Counted from the first letter of the stretch, positions 28,339 to 38,210 are shown. The stretch: 64,000 nucleotides of DNA from Candidatus Obscuribacteraceae bacterium (GCA_044226015.1 JBGAHS010000009.1:192001-256000); one strand, 5' to 3'. The notes: generated by a model from the letters alone, not told the origin. Numbers and translations are program-made.

Positions 28339-29448
28339 TTAGGACCTACCTTCTTTGAGGGCGCTCACCAGGCGAATCGCAATGTGAATCAGGACAAGGA
28401 AAAAGAACGAAAAATTGTGCAACACGGCCGTTGGCCAGCTGTAGCCTGGCACCTCGTCGGGATCTTCATCTCTATCTTCTACCTCTCCTTCCTCCAGTTC
28501 ATTACCTCTTCTTTGTCTTGAAAGAAACCTTGCTAGCCTTCGCAAATAAGTCGGTCCAAATGGTCCTGCAATACCATCGACTAGTTCTCGGTCTATACTT
28601 CTTTCGCCTTTCTTTGCTCCGAGCCAGGCGCCCAAAATTGCTGCGTTTGAGTCTGTGTCGCCCCCGGCAGAAATCACTTCATTTAGTGCGTCCATGAGTT
28701 CGCCGTCTCCAAATCTGAGAAAGCAAAAAAGAGCTAAAGGAACACTTTGTATTACAAAGCCGCTGTTTCCTAACGCTTTTGCTGCGGCTTCAGTGCTCGA
28801 ATTCTGTTCAGCGAGGCGAGAAGCATAGAGCAGTTTCTCCTTCAGCGATGAGTTCTCGACGCTTCCTATCACTTCGTCGAAGCACTGTCGGCAAGTGCTT
28901 TGTCGAGTATTTCTAGTGCAAGCCGCTGCTAGCTCAGCGACAAATAGAGCTGCAGCCACTGCTCTTGGATCGGTGTGAGTGACCTGACAAATTGCTTTGC
29001 CGTATTCTTTTCTTTTGCTCTCTGAATCATGGAAGTAAACTCCAATTACTGCTGCTCTCATGGCAGAGCCATTACCAGCTGAATTTACTCCTGTCTTCTT
29101 TTGTTTGAACAATATATTCAGGCACGCTTTAATCGTCGCCATGCCGATGCCGCATGGAAGTCGCAAGAACCAACCAAGCAGCGCCCGCTTAAAGTCTTCA
29201 ACACAGCCATCTACGTCATCGGGATTAAGTGCAATGGCTCGAGCAAGCAGGGCTGATTGCTCTGTGTCATCGCTTATGAAGCCCATGCTTCCAGCAAATG
29301 AAAAATGATCGACCTTTCCGTATCGGCGAGCAATTTGCTTGGCGCTGAGACCTTCCATTGGTAGTCCCAGGGCATCTCCCAATGCTGTTCCGAGTAGAGT
29401 ACCGGCCATGCAAGAGCTAAGTCTGGTGCTGAGTTGTTCGTTCGTCAA
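28339..29448 (-). CDS. ADP-ribosylglycohydrolase (DraG/ARH family) with C-terminal hydrophobic helix
   Basis: GTALGDALG.P.E, SDDTEQ, SAGNGSAMR, VTHTDP, GGDTDSNAAI.GA..GA. Confidence 0.93.
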   Translation of the reverse strand: MTNEQLSTRLSSCMAGTLLGTALGDALGLPMEGLSAKQIARRYGKVDHFSFAGSMGFISDDTEQSALLARAIALNPDDVDGCVEDFKRALLGWFLRLPCGIGMATIKACLNILFKQKKTGVNSAGNGSAMRAAVIGVYFHDSESKRKEYGKAICQVTHTDPRAVAAALFVAELAAACTRNTRQSTCRQCFDEVIGSVENSSLKEKLLYASRLAEQNSSTEAAAKALGNSGFVIQSVPLALFCFLRFGDGELMDALNEVISAGGDTDSNAAILGAWLGAKKGERSIDRELVDGIAGPFGPTYLRRLARFLSRQRRGNELEEGEVEDRDEDPDEVPGYSWPTAVLHNFSFFFLVLIHIAIRLVSALKEGRS

Positions 29449-29449
29449 T

Positions 29450-30304
29450 TTATTGCTGACCTATCAGAAACCTTTCAAGTCTATTTACCACAAGTTCTTC
29501 ACTTTCAATATGGGGGCAATGTCCGCAGTTGCTTATAAATTCGGAACTGGCGTTGTTAAGTGTCTGAGCTAGTGAACGTCCATTTTCTACCTTCAGAATT
29601 CTATCGGACTCACCATGTAGCACCAGGAATTCCTGACTTAGCTGCGCAGCAAATGTAGAGGCGTCGAAATGACGAAATGCCATTAGTTGTGGTATCAGCA
29701 CTCTTGGTGGTGTGGGATAGGGTCTGGCTTTTGTGCAGATGTCATCGAGTAACTTTCGGTGGCGTCTGACACCGTCAGCTTGCATACAGAGGTCAAAGAA
29801 ATCAAAAAGCATTTCATCGAAGTTATTGCCACGCGGATTAGCGAGTCTGTCTTTTACCTCGGGGTCCGAGCCCGTATATAGTTTTCCGCCCGCAGTTGTG
29901 GACTGCAAAACAACTCGATTGCTGAGAGCTGCATATTTTCTGGCAAATTCTAATGCCACACAACCTCCCATGCTATAACCAAAAAGATGAGCGTCAGAGA
30001 TTGAAAGAAAATCCAGGACGCCTTTGAGGTCGTCTGCAAATTGTTCTATTCGAAGCTCAGTATTTTCATCGAGCTTATTACTTCTTCCAGTGCCCCGATT
30101 GTCGAATATCAGGACGGGTCGAGTCTCAGCCAGTCGATTAATAAATGCTTCGGGCCAGGCGAACATGCAGCCGCCATAACCCATTATCATAAGCAGCGGA
30201 AGATCCTTCGATTGCTTGTTATACAATCGAAAAAAAATGCCATTTGTGGCCAGGGCTTCCTCGAAATTTTGTGTTTTTTGCATGTGGCATTTCCTCACAT
30301 GCAA
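29450..30304 (-). CDS. Alpha/beta hydrolase
   Basis: FDNRGTGRS, GYSMGG nucleophile elbow, HGESD, CGH. Start may be the downstream ATG (MQKTQ). Confidence 0.9.
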   Translation of the reverse strand: MHVRKCHMQKTQNFEEALATNGIFFRLYNKQSKDLPLLMIMGYGGCMFAWPEAFINRLAETRPVLIFDNRGTGRSNKLDENTELRIEQFADDLKGVLDFLSISDAHLFGYSMGGCVALEFARKYAALSNRVVLQSTTAGGKLYTGSDPEVKDRLANPRGNNFDEMLFDFFDLCMQADGVRRHRKLLDDICTKARPYPTPPRVLIPQLMAFRHFDASTFAAQLSQEFLVLHGESDRILKVENGRSLAQTLNNASSEFISNCGHCPHIESEELVVNRLERFLIGQQ

Positions 30305-30377
30305 ATATTAGCAAATCGCACGAGTCTGCGTATCACATAGTCTGAGATAAAGTGATGCTTGAATCTAAGTCCTTGCC

Positions 30378-31052
30378 TTAGCGGCAGTGCCTTCCAAATA
30401 CTCTACCAATGACATGTCCGGCAATTTTGCCCGGGTACCATCCGCCATGATGAGGTCTGCAATTTCTCTGCTGATAGGGATGCATTTCTCTTGGCTGACA
30501 AGGGTAAGTCTGCCGTGGTTCGCAAGCGGGTCGGCTGTTCTCGTGCGCGCGAGGTGCACCGTCTGCGGGACGAGTACGGTTGCCGTCTTTGACTAATTCA
30601 GCGCGTGGCACCGAATGCGGTTGCATATCGATTGGACGATACGGTTGTACAGAAGAGTTTTGATCGTTTTGATAATAGCTGTAGGCGTCGAATCTTGTAT
30701 TTCCTTGCGCCGTTGGATTCTCAGATGGGCGACCTTTCTGATGCCAGCTGTATTGATCGTTATTTTGAGCAGAGTTCGAATAATAAGGTTGGGCATCGCC
30801 GCTGCGAATTGCTGCAATTTTGGTGCCTTTATCGCTATTTACTAGGGCATCCAGCGCTTCACCGTATGTGGAGGGCTTAGCTGCAGTCTTATAGATGTCG
30901 CCCTCAATAATGATGGAGTTTCCGACCTGACGGCGTGAGTTGTTAGCATTGTGCTCTTGCGACCAACTATTATCGTAACGGTTCCAATCTACCGGTGCCG
31001 ACTGCGATGCCCGTGGAGCTTCTGCTTGCTCGAAACGTTGATTTGCTGCCAT
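30378..31052 (-). CDS. Hypothetical protein, largely disordered
   Basis: 224-aa ORF with AGGAGA RBS; N/Q/P-rich; basic Gly-rich C-terminal end. Confidence 0.65.
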   Translation of the reverse strand: MAANQRFEQAEAPRASQSAPVDWNRYDNSWSQEHNANNSRRQVGNSIIIEGDIYKTAAKPSTYGEALDALVNSDKGTKIAAIRSGDAQPYYSNSAQNNDQYSWHQKGRPSENPTAQGNTRFDAYSYYQNDQNSSVQPYRPIDMQPHSVPRAELVKDGNRTRPADGAPRAHENSRPACEPRQTYPCQPREMHPYQQRNCRPHHGGWYPGKIAGHVIGRVFGRHCR

Positions 31053-31166
31053 TTTGTTTGGTCTCTCCTGACGATGAGGCCCAGCTGCTTTCCTTATCCT
31101 GGCTTAATATTAGATTTTTGCAAGGATTGGGTCAATGGGACTTCTCCCATCCTGGAAATGCTTGCT

Positions 31167-32147
31167 CTATCTAGCTTGGCGGAGCTGCTTTTGAGGCTCG
31201 TTTATCCTCTGGGTATGCTGATTGGCTGGACCACGAAAAACCAGAGCTTTCTGGTCGGCTGGGCTGATGCTCACGATAGAGCCAGAGTTGAAGTTTATAA
31301 AGTCAGATTCGATTCCGTCGCTGAAAATGGTTCCTTCTGACGGCATGCTGGACTCGATTGTTAAACTGTTAGATTGGGAAATGAACCCAGAAACTATATT
31401 TGACTCTGAATGCCTGCTGAAAAAGGGCTCCCTTACGACAAATATGAGATTTGAGCTGTTCCAGGCGAGTTTAATTGGGCTGATGCGACTTCCTCCCGCA
31501 AATTCCGTCAATCCGCTAGCCATGTTGAATAGGGAAGAAAGCCAGCCCGTCGACCCTGCTCCTGTAGAAACGATGATTCCACTGGAGGACTGATTCTCGG
31601 ATTCACTCTGGTATCGAATGCGATATCGTGCTGATATGTGTGTTTTGGCTCCGATAAATAAGTCGTTGAAGGCAAGGAGTTTTTGTCCATCGTTCAGGCG
31701 AGCCTCGGCTAGTGTAACTGCAGAGTACTCGGCAGTGTTATTCAGAACGCAGTGCAGATCTGAGCGAACCTTATTAGGGCTTGAGGACAAGAGAACTCCA
31801 TCAATTCTGCTTGTGTCTGGATTTACTCCGATGATCGGAAGCCCTGTGGCGTATTTTGCTACATTGGCAAGAAGTCCGTCCTGACCAACGACCAAAACGA
31901 TGTCCTTTTCTGTGAATATGAAATTGGAGATGTACTTTCTGTCCACGAATTGAATCTGGAGCCCTATATCGATTTGCGTGTGGATAGTTTCTAGGCTTCG
32001 TTGATATGCGTCATCTTCTTCCTGGTACTCGTTGAAATTTGCGCCGGAGTGCTTGATGTAGAATGCCGCTTGAGCTTTTGTGTTGAATCTCGCGATGAGC
32101 TCTTGCATTCGCGTTTCACGACTTATCACGACAATTTTCTCGAACAT
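31167..32147 (-). CDS. NAD kinase-like (ATP-NAD/diacylglycerol kinase fold) protein
   Basis: VVGQDG (variant of GGDG), PIIGVN, AFND, QSSSGIIVSTGAGSTGW, FVVREP, SDG; start ATG 32147 with AGGAG RBS. Confidence 0.85.
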   Translation of the reverse strand: MFEKIVVISRETRMQELIARFNTKAQAAFYIKHSGANFNEYQEEDDAYQRSLETIHTQIDIGLQIQFVDRKYISNFIFTEKDIVLVVGQDGLLANVAKYATGLPIIGVNPDTSRIDGVLLSSSPNKVRSDLHCVLNNTAEYSAVTLAEARLNDGQKLLAFNDLFIGAKTHISARYRIRYQSESENQSSSGIIVSTGAGSTGWLSSLFNMASGLTEFAGGSRISPIKLAWNSSNLIFVVREPFFSRHSESNIVSGFISQSNSLTIESSMPSEGTIFSDGIESDFINFNSGSIVSISPADQKALVFRGPANQHTQRINEPQKQLRQAR

Positions 32148-32154
32148 GATGCTC

Positions 32155-33153
32155 CTACTCTCTTGAGTTTTTGGTAGAAGGATTCGAAGGGGCATTGAGA
32201 AGTGTTTGTAGCAAATCTGGCGTCAAATTTAGCGTTCCGATTTTTGAAGCATTTTCTGCCAGCTCTTGAAACGCGAGACTCATAATCATGCGCGAATCAC
32301 CGCCATTTTTGCCGGCCATGGCAATAAGCGTGCGCCAGTCGACATCCCGAACTGGTTTAAGCGTTGATTCGAGTGCATAAGCTCGAGAGTCAGCTTCTTT
32401 GCGATCATTTTCGGTTTTCTTCGAAATTAAAGCCTCCCGTTGTTCTTCGATTGCTATGTCAGCAGCCATGCGGGTTTCGCGGATCTCTCGCTTTTTGGTT
32501 TCAACCGCTTTTTCTGTGTTTAACTCACTTTCCTTGATGCGTCGTTCTTCTTCAACGGCTGCGTTCCTCCTTAAATAGATGGCTTGATCTGATTGCTGGA
32601 GAATTCTTTCCCTGGTTTCAGATTCCAGAGCCCTGGCAGTTTCCTTCGTTGGCGAGAGGTTGAGAATCGCCAGATCAAGTATTTGAACACCGAGAATGAC
32701 AAGTACATCTGATTTCTTTAGTTCTTCGAGAATACCGGAGACCACCATATGCGGTGCCTGGAGAATTTCGCGCAGAATGAGTGGGCGAATTATGGACTGT
32801 GAAACAACTTGCGTCGTATTTACCAGTCGAGTCTCAAGTTGTTGAATCGGGCTGTCGCCGCTAGCCTTATATCTTCCTTTCTCGTCAACAGAGAAGTCCA
32901 GCATTTGGGCAGCCTGTTCAGGGTTACTTATTTTGTAAGTGATTTGTCCCTGTACGCTTATGGTTTGAAAGTCGGCTGTTGGCTCGTTGAATATAAATGG
33001 GACTACCTGACTTACCAAAGGTATTTCAGATACAGAAGAAATAGGGGCGAAATACCAGAAGTTAAGCCCGGCACCTTGCTTACTTATTTTTCCTGACTCG
33101 TGAAGGATGACGTGCCTGGTAGGTGGTGATTTCTTATATTCAATTCCCAACAT
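32155..33153 (-). CDS. SPFH/band-7 domain protein
   Basis: TADFQTISVQGQITYKI, LGVQILDLAI, C-terminal coiled coil RRNAAVEEERRIKESELNTE, IGTLNLTPDLL; GAGG RBS. Confidence 0.88.
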   Translation of the reverse strand: MLGIEYKKSPPTRHVILHESGKISKQGAGLNFWYFAPISSVSEIPLVSQVVPFIFNEPTADFQTISVQGQITYKISNPEQAAQMLDFSVDEKGRYKASGDSPIQQLETRLVNTTQVVSQSIIRPLILREILQAPHMVVSGILEELKKSDVLVILGVQILDLAILNLSPTKETARALESETRERILQQSDQAIYLRRNAAVEEERRIKESELNTEKAVETKKREIRETRMAADIAIEEQREALISKKTENDRKEADSRAYALESTLKPVRDVDWRTLIAMAGKNGGDSRMIMSLAFQELAENASKIGTLNLTPDLLQTLLNAPSNPSTKNSRE

Positions 33154-33174
33154 TGAGCTTTCCTCGAATTCAAA

Positions 33175-33195
33175 TAAGCGTCTATAATACTATTA
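33175..33195. promoter_or_regulatory. Candidate NrtR-type operator upstream of the SPFH gene
   Basis: 21-bp imperfect palindrome TAAGC-GT-CTATAAT-AC-TATTA (GT-N7-AC core), downstream of a minus-strand TTGACA (33226-33221)-N17-CAAGAT. Confidence 0.55.
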
Positions 33196-33396
33196 CTATC
33201 TTGCGACAAAAGTGTAAGTCTGTCAAGTGATCGGTGCCGTATTCCCTATTGGGCGCTGTAGCTTACAGCTGCTTGGGTGTAATTCACTGCCAGGTAATTT
33301 GCTATACTACGGTTATAGTAGGGGCGGCTTGTGTCAGCAGGAGGCGGAGCGTCCGGTTATAATGGCAGCTGACGGTCTCTTCCGGAGGAGTCGAAC

Positions 33397-33840
33397 ATGC
33401 AAGCTGAAGACGTTATTTATCGCTTCGATCCTAGAAAAATTCGCGTTGTTTCTGGAGACGTTCCTGTTGGATATTGGGAGCTGCGCGGCTGCAAATTGGT
33501 CAGATGCCGTGATGTATTCGATGGTTCTACCTCTGACGGGATGGAGCTTGATTTGGACGCTAAGGTCAAGAAGTTGCAGCTTCGAAAAATTGCTGATGCT
33601 AATCCAGGAGCGAACATTGTCGGTGTTGGGTTAGGTGCGCTGCTTGGTCTTCGCTGTTGCGGAAGGGTTGGTGCTATCACTGGCGCTATTGCCGGGCAAC
33701 TTCTGGTGGGAAATCGCTACGACATGACCGTAGATGTGCACCTGACTGACGGCAAACAATTCCTTGCCCACATGGACTCCGCCGTATACAAACGAATGCA
33801 AGCTGTCGGTGCTCGTTGTGCCGAATTCACAGATTCTTGA
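33397..33840 (+). CDS. Hypothetical protein with glycine-zipper segment
   Basis: GGAGG RBS; GVGLGALLG...GAITGAIAG. Confidence 0.65.
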   Translation: MQAEDVIYRFDPRKIRVVSGDVPVGYWELRGCKLVRCRDVFDGSTSDGMELDLDAKVKKLQLRKIADANPGANIVGVGLGALLGLRCCGRVGAITGAIAGQLLVGNRYDMTVDVHLTDGKQFLAHMDSAVYKRMQAVGARCAEFTDS

Positions 33841-34176
33841 TTAGCAAAATCAAATTTGCTTCAATCGAATTCTCACTCTAGGGTAATGATTTCTCAGCGA
33901 CAACGCTCACCATTTATGGTGGCGAATCTTGTCTGGAATGTGGCTTTGAACAAGCTCGCCTTCAGAAAAAAGAGGCTTGGTCGCCGCAATTTATAGACCA
34001 AATTCTCTTTCGATTGCAAGTTTTTCATGAGCCCTGACTTATCCAAAACGCCCTGAATTAGGTAGTTCTTAGCTCTGAACGGTAAAATTCCCATTGCAGC
34101 TAGCTGCCTTCCAGACGATTATCAATTGGGGCAAGTTTTCTAGACTTGGGCAGCTAGTAAACGGTAGAGATTGGGC

Positions 34177-35481
34177 ATGAACGAGCGGCTGGAATTAGTT
34201 AGCGACAAAATGTTGCTGAATAAATCTGATACTGAATCATCCTCTAAGTTGGTCGACGACTTGTGGTCGAGGGTGAAGGAGTCTAAAGAGGCTCTGGCTG
34301 TGCCAGCTCTTATTGCTGGCGCTGCGCTCTTACCCCGCCTTTTCAAGCACGGCATCTCACTTGTCACTAGTGTAGGTGAGAAGTCTCCAAGCCTGGTTTC
34401 GCGAGTAAGTGAGCAGGCACTTAACGGAGCCGCAAAAGAAGAATCTTCAGCGTCGCTAGTTCACAGGCTTGATTATCACCGACCGATTCCAGACTTCGTG
34501 AAGTCTCGTGAGCAAATCGTAAGCCGTCCGCCAGATGCATCACTTGCCTTAAATCCGCATTCCCAGCAGGGAAAAAGCCTGGTTCGCTGGGTTGATGTCG
34601 GAGGAGAGCATCGCAGTTATATGCTGCACATACCGCGCAGTGTTGACCCTGAAAAAGGTGCACCGCTTGTGGTGGCTATGGAAGGGTTTCTTGCCGGAAC
34701 CAACAAACCATGGCACGGAATGGCAGAAACTAATGGTATTAATTCTCAGGCTGAGAAGCTCGGTTTCATTGCGCTATACCCTGTTCCTAAGCCAAGATTA
34801 AGGGACCGTGTTTTTACCTGGAATGAGCCAGACGGTGCCACCAATTTCCTTGGCGCTCGACCTTACAGCGACAATGAATATATACAAGCCGCAATGCAGG
34901 CTGTTATGAAAGATTTTCCGGTAGACAAATCCAGAGTATATGGAATTGGCTTTTCTCAAGGTGCCATGCAGTTGCATCATGTCGTGAATTCATCGGAGCC
35001 CGGGACCTTTAAGGCTATAGCTTCTGTTGCTGGAACCTTAACGGAAAAATTCAGCTTGCCTCCTGCTGGTACCCGCTTGCTAGTAATGCATAGCGAGGCA
35101 GATCCAACGCTACCCTACTCGGGTGGTACTGGTTTCCTTCCATCCTTCGCTGATCGCATGGGTTGGGGATTCGCTAGAAACTCAAGACCTCACCTACAAG
35201 TGCCAAATTATTTGCGTGCCAATGATATATCGCACTTGACTCCCGAATACTTCAAAATGCCGGAATATAATGTTCGAAGCTGGATGAAGGATGGACATGT
35301 TTTGCCGACGGTTCAGGAAGTTATGTTCAGTTCTAAATACGGACACACTTTTCCAGGGCGCTTAACCCGCGACAAAGAAACTCTCTTCACCATTATTAAT
35401 GGACCAGTTCCAGCGCCGGCTGTTTTGGATGCGAAGCGGTGGATTACGGAAGACTTTTTTGGCTTGAAGAATCTAGCCTAG
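34177..35481 (+). CDS. PHB depolymerase/LpqC-type esterase with N-terminal extension
   Basis: RSYMLHIP, PLVVAM, AEKLGFIALYP, VDKSRVYGIGFSQGA, HSEADPTLPY.GG, GHTFPG. ATG 34177 or TTG 34171. Confidence 0.85.
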   Translation: MNERLELVSDKMLLNKSDTESSSKLVDDLWSRVKESKEALAVPALIAGAALLPRLFKHGISLVTSVGEKSPSLVSRVSEQALNGAAKEESSASLVHRLDYHRPIPDFVKSREQIVSRPPDASLALNPHSQQGKSLVRWVDVGGEHRSYMLHIPRSVDPEKGAPLVVAMEGFLAGTNKPWHGMAETNGINSQAEKLGFIALYPVPKPRLRDRVFTWNEPDGATNFLGARPYSDNEYIQAAMQAVMKDFPVDKSRVYGIGFSQGAMQLHHVVNSSEPGTFKAIASVAGTLTEKFSLPPAGTRLLVMHSEADPTLPYSGGTGFLPSFADRMGWGFARNSRPHLQVPNYLRANDISHLTPEYFKMPEYNVRSWMKDGHVLPTVQEVMFSSKYGHTFPGRLTRDKETLFTIINGPVPAPAVLDAKRWITEDFFGLKNLA

Positions 35482-35485
35482 ACCT

Positions 35486-37339
35486 TTAGTAGTCTATGAT
35501 GGCGCCGCTGCGCTCAAGTATGAAGTCACAAACATCTTCGTCATTTAACAAGACTGAACCTGGCATAGCATGCCTGTTTTTATCATCAGTATGTTGTTTT
35601 GCCCAGCGCTTGGAAGCAATTATTTGCCCTCCATTTTTCAAAATTTGCTGAAGCAGTGCCTGCATGCCTGTTATTCGTTTTGAAATCTGCGCGTCTAGCT
35701 TGAGTTTGTTTAGGATGATATCAGGGTGCATGATCATTATCGTAGCTTCGGAATCTAGAAAAACGCTGACTTGTAAATCTCGAGCTTGAATTCGTCCTGC
35801 AAGGCAGAGTCCGTCGAAGACGCTGTCGAGTTCCTCATTCGATTTACATTTTCGAAATCGAATAGTCAAAGCGTACTTGCTGTCTGACGTTGCTGGCATC
35901 ACACCGGCCGCGGTGCTCGCCTTTGCAGCACTCGCTTTCAGTTTCGCCAGGCTTGACGGAACTGCATTTGAATTCAATGAGTCTGTTATCTCGCTGCTGG
36001 CATGTGTCGCAGCGCTTGGTACCTGTGTCGTATTGACATTGTGAGGCACCTTTGCTGGTATCACATCAAGCTCAGAGCTGCCCTGTGCTCTGTTTCGTGA
36101 TGTTGCAAAAATGAATAAATCTGCTCCTAAATCGGAAGCTGAAGGATAGCGTTTGTCAGGATTTTTCTCCAGGCAACGCATAACGATTTGCTCAAGTTTT
36201 GGTGGCACAAAGCCCTCGGGGCATACGGAGGATAGCGGCGGAGGTGGGTCACCAAGTTGCATCATTAGTACTTTAATCGAGCTCTCGTGTACAAAAGGCG
36301 GATGCCCAGCCAGCGCTTCGTACATGACACATCCCAATGAGTAAACATCAATGCGCGGGTCTGCCTTCGCGCCAGCGGCTTGCTCTGGGGAGATATAGGC
36401 TGGGCTGCCAACTATATTTCCAGTCGGTGTAAGCTCGTTTTGGTCGGTTTCATTGATTATTTTAGCGATTCCAAAGTCCAGAACCTTTGCGGTCTCTTGA
36501 CCTTCCGAGCGCAATACCATGATGTTGCTTGGTTTCACATCACGGTGAACAACGTTCTTCTCATGCGCGTAGCGAAGTCCATCACAAATTTGCAAGAAGA
36601 GATTGATAAAACGAGGAATTTCGAGTCGCTTGCTTTGTTCGATTACGTCGGTGAGTGATTGACCTTCAAGATATTCCATGAGCATGTAAGGCTGTCCATG
36701 TTTGGACACACCAAACTCATAGACGTTTATCAAATTACGATGTTTAAGGTCCAGGCAAGCTTTCGCTTCACGCATGAAGCGCTTTTGGTTCTCTTCCTCA
36801 TCCATCAGGTGCCCGTGCAAGACTTTCAAGGCGACCAGTTCGTCTGTGTCCTTCCTTTTGGCTTTGTAAATGACGCCCATTCCGCCTGCGCCGAGCCGCG
36901 AAATCAGCTCACAATTCTCGGTAAACTCTCCCTGGCTTGGCAGGCTAGAAGCGAGCTTTTCTGCCTGATATCCCGGGCGCAGAAATTCAGGGATAACTGC
37001 TTTGCCAGGCTCTGGTGGTTTTGCTGCCTCGAGCAAGTTGTGAACGAGCTCTACGTCACTACTAGTATGGCGCCAGGCTATGGCGGATATCGTTTCTGCT
37101 CCTACGTGGAGAATCCAGGTTGGTTCGTAAGTGCCGTAGCTGTGAGTTGCTGTGAGAATGTATGTATCGCTCTCTGTCATCCAGCTGAGCGCGCTCGGTC
37201 GACCTACTTGTTTGCGCGACTGCTCCATGCAGAACTTCAGGTCTTCCATGGAGGGTGGCGTTCTAAGAGGCGCGACTTTGAAAGCTTCGGCTTTCGTGTC
37301 GTGATTCTGCTTTTTCTTGAACGCGTCCTGTAAGGGCAT
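35486..37339 (-). CDS. Cytoplasmic Hanks-type Ser/Thr kinase with C-terminal DsrE-like domain
   Basis: LGAGGMGVIY, VALK, HRDVKPSN, DFG, GSPAYISPE, DVYSLG. Start ATG 37339 chosen to avoid overlap with the divergent gene. Confidence 0.92.
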   Translation of the reverse strand: MPLQDAFKKKQNHDTKAEAFKVAPLRTPPSMEDLKFCMEQSRKQVGRPSALSWMTESDTYILTATHSYGTYEPTWILHVGAETISAIAWRHTSSDVELVHNLLEAAKPPEPGKAVIPEFLRPGYQAEKLASSLPSQGEFTENCELISRLGAGGMGVIYKAKRKDTDELVALKVLHGHLMDEEENQKRFMREAKACLDLKHRNLINVYEFGVSKHGQPYMLMEYLEGQSLTDVIEQSKRLEIPRFINLFLQICDGLRYAHEKNVVHRDVKPSNIMVLRSEGQETAKVLDFGIAKIINETDQNELTPTGNIVGSPAYISPEQAAGAKADPRIDVYSLGCVMYEALAGHPPFVHESSIKVLMMQLGDPPPPLSSVCPEGFVPPKLEQIVMRCLEKNPDKRYPSASDLGADLFIFATSRNRAQGSSELDVIPAKVPHNVNTTQVPSAATHASSEITDSLNSNAVPSSLAKLKASAAKASTAAGVMPATSDSKYALTIRFRKCKSNEELDSVFDGLCLAGRIQARDLQVSVFLDSEATIMIMHPDIILNKLKLDAQISKRITGMQALLQQILKNGGQIIASKRWAKQHTDDKNRHAMPGSVLLNDEDVCDFILERSGAIIDY

Positions 37340-37475
37340 AGCAGTCTCGGCAAATTTGGGCACCCTTAGATTTTTTGCCCAAAAAATAGGCAAAGCCTCC
37401 GTTTTCTGGTTAATTGTTAGATTTATCCCTATTTTCCGAATGAAATTCGTCAGCTTGCAAAAGTGAGGATTGCCC

Positions 37476-38210
37476 ATGCTTCGAAAGTATATAGTTGCCG
37501 GTTTTATGCTGCTTTGCTCAGCCTTCAATTGTGTCGGCGCAAATGCATATTATGCAAACTACCTTCCTGAGCAGATACTCCTTAACTCAAGCAAGTTAAA
37601 GCAGAAAAAATTGGGTGAGATTTCGCCTGACGGGAGTCTGACGGCTCCTAATGGAGTGCAGATTGAATGCAAAGAAGCCGTCCTTTCGCTAAAGGGCGTC
37701 GATAAAGCTGGTCGCCCCTGGACGATAAAAGATGAGAACGAACGAGGGTTTGGAGGCACAGTCTACTTTGCTGATGTGGACAAAAATGGATATGACGACC
37801 TGATTTTTTTGTTTGGAACTGCTGCCTGCGGCATGCCATTTCAGGCTCTGGATATTGCCTTTGTGGCTGCAGATGGAACCGTGAAGTATACCGAACTGCT
37901 TAGCCGATTTAGCGAAGAAGAGGATGGTATCGACGATATACGAGTGGGTAAAGATGGACATACGTATTTGCTGCTTCAAGACCTCAGCTACAGTACTCTC
38001 GGAAAGCGCGATTTTAGTTATTGGCGATTTTCTGCGATGAAAGCAGAGAACTGTGCTTTGTCGGATGTGCCGTCTGCATTTGGTTTACGTCTTCCTTGCT
38101 TCGTTTGGTTTACCACCAAGCCTAACCACAAGTTGTCTCTGCGAACGCCAACTCTGGAAAAGCAATATCAAATAGATCAAAAGAGAATGGCGCAAGAGTC
38201 CGCGAAGTGA
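37476..38210 (+). CDS. Exported hypothetical protein
   Basis: Signal peptide ending ANA; DVDKNGYDD (DxDxNG calcium-binding-like loop); GAGG RBS. Confidence 0.7.
   Translation: MLRKYIVAGFMLLCSAFNCVGANAYYANYLPEQILLNSSKLKQKKLGEISPDGSLTAPNGVQIECKEAVLSLKGVDKAGRPWTIKDENERGFGGTVYFADVDKNGYDDLIFLFGTAACGMPFQALDIAFVAADGTVKYTELLSRFSEEEDGIDDIRVGKDGHTYLLLQDLSYSTLGKRDFSYWRFSAMKAENCALSDVPSAFGLRLPCFVWFTTKPNHKLSLRTPTLEKQYQIDQKRMAQESAK

Noticed and set aside
33894..34094. 66-aa minus-strand ORF
   Set aside because: No motif or convincing RBS; cannot be supported.
35478..35495. TAGAC-N8-GTCTA resembling the TetR operator
   Set aside because: Wrong spacing and located at converging stop codons, not a promoter.
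36659..37333. 224-aa plus-strand ORF
   Set aside because: Antisense shadow of the Ser/Thr kinase with no recognisable motifs.
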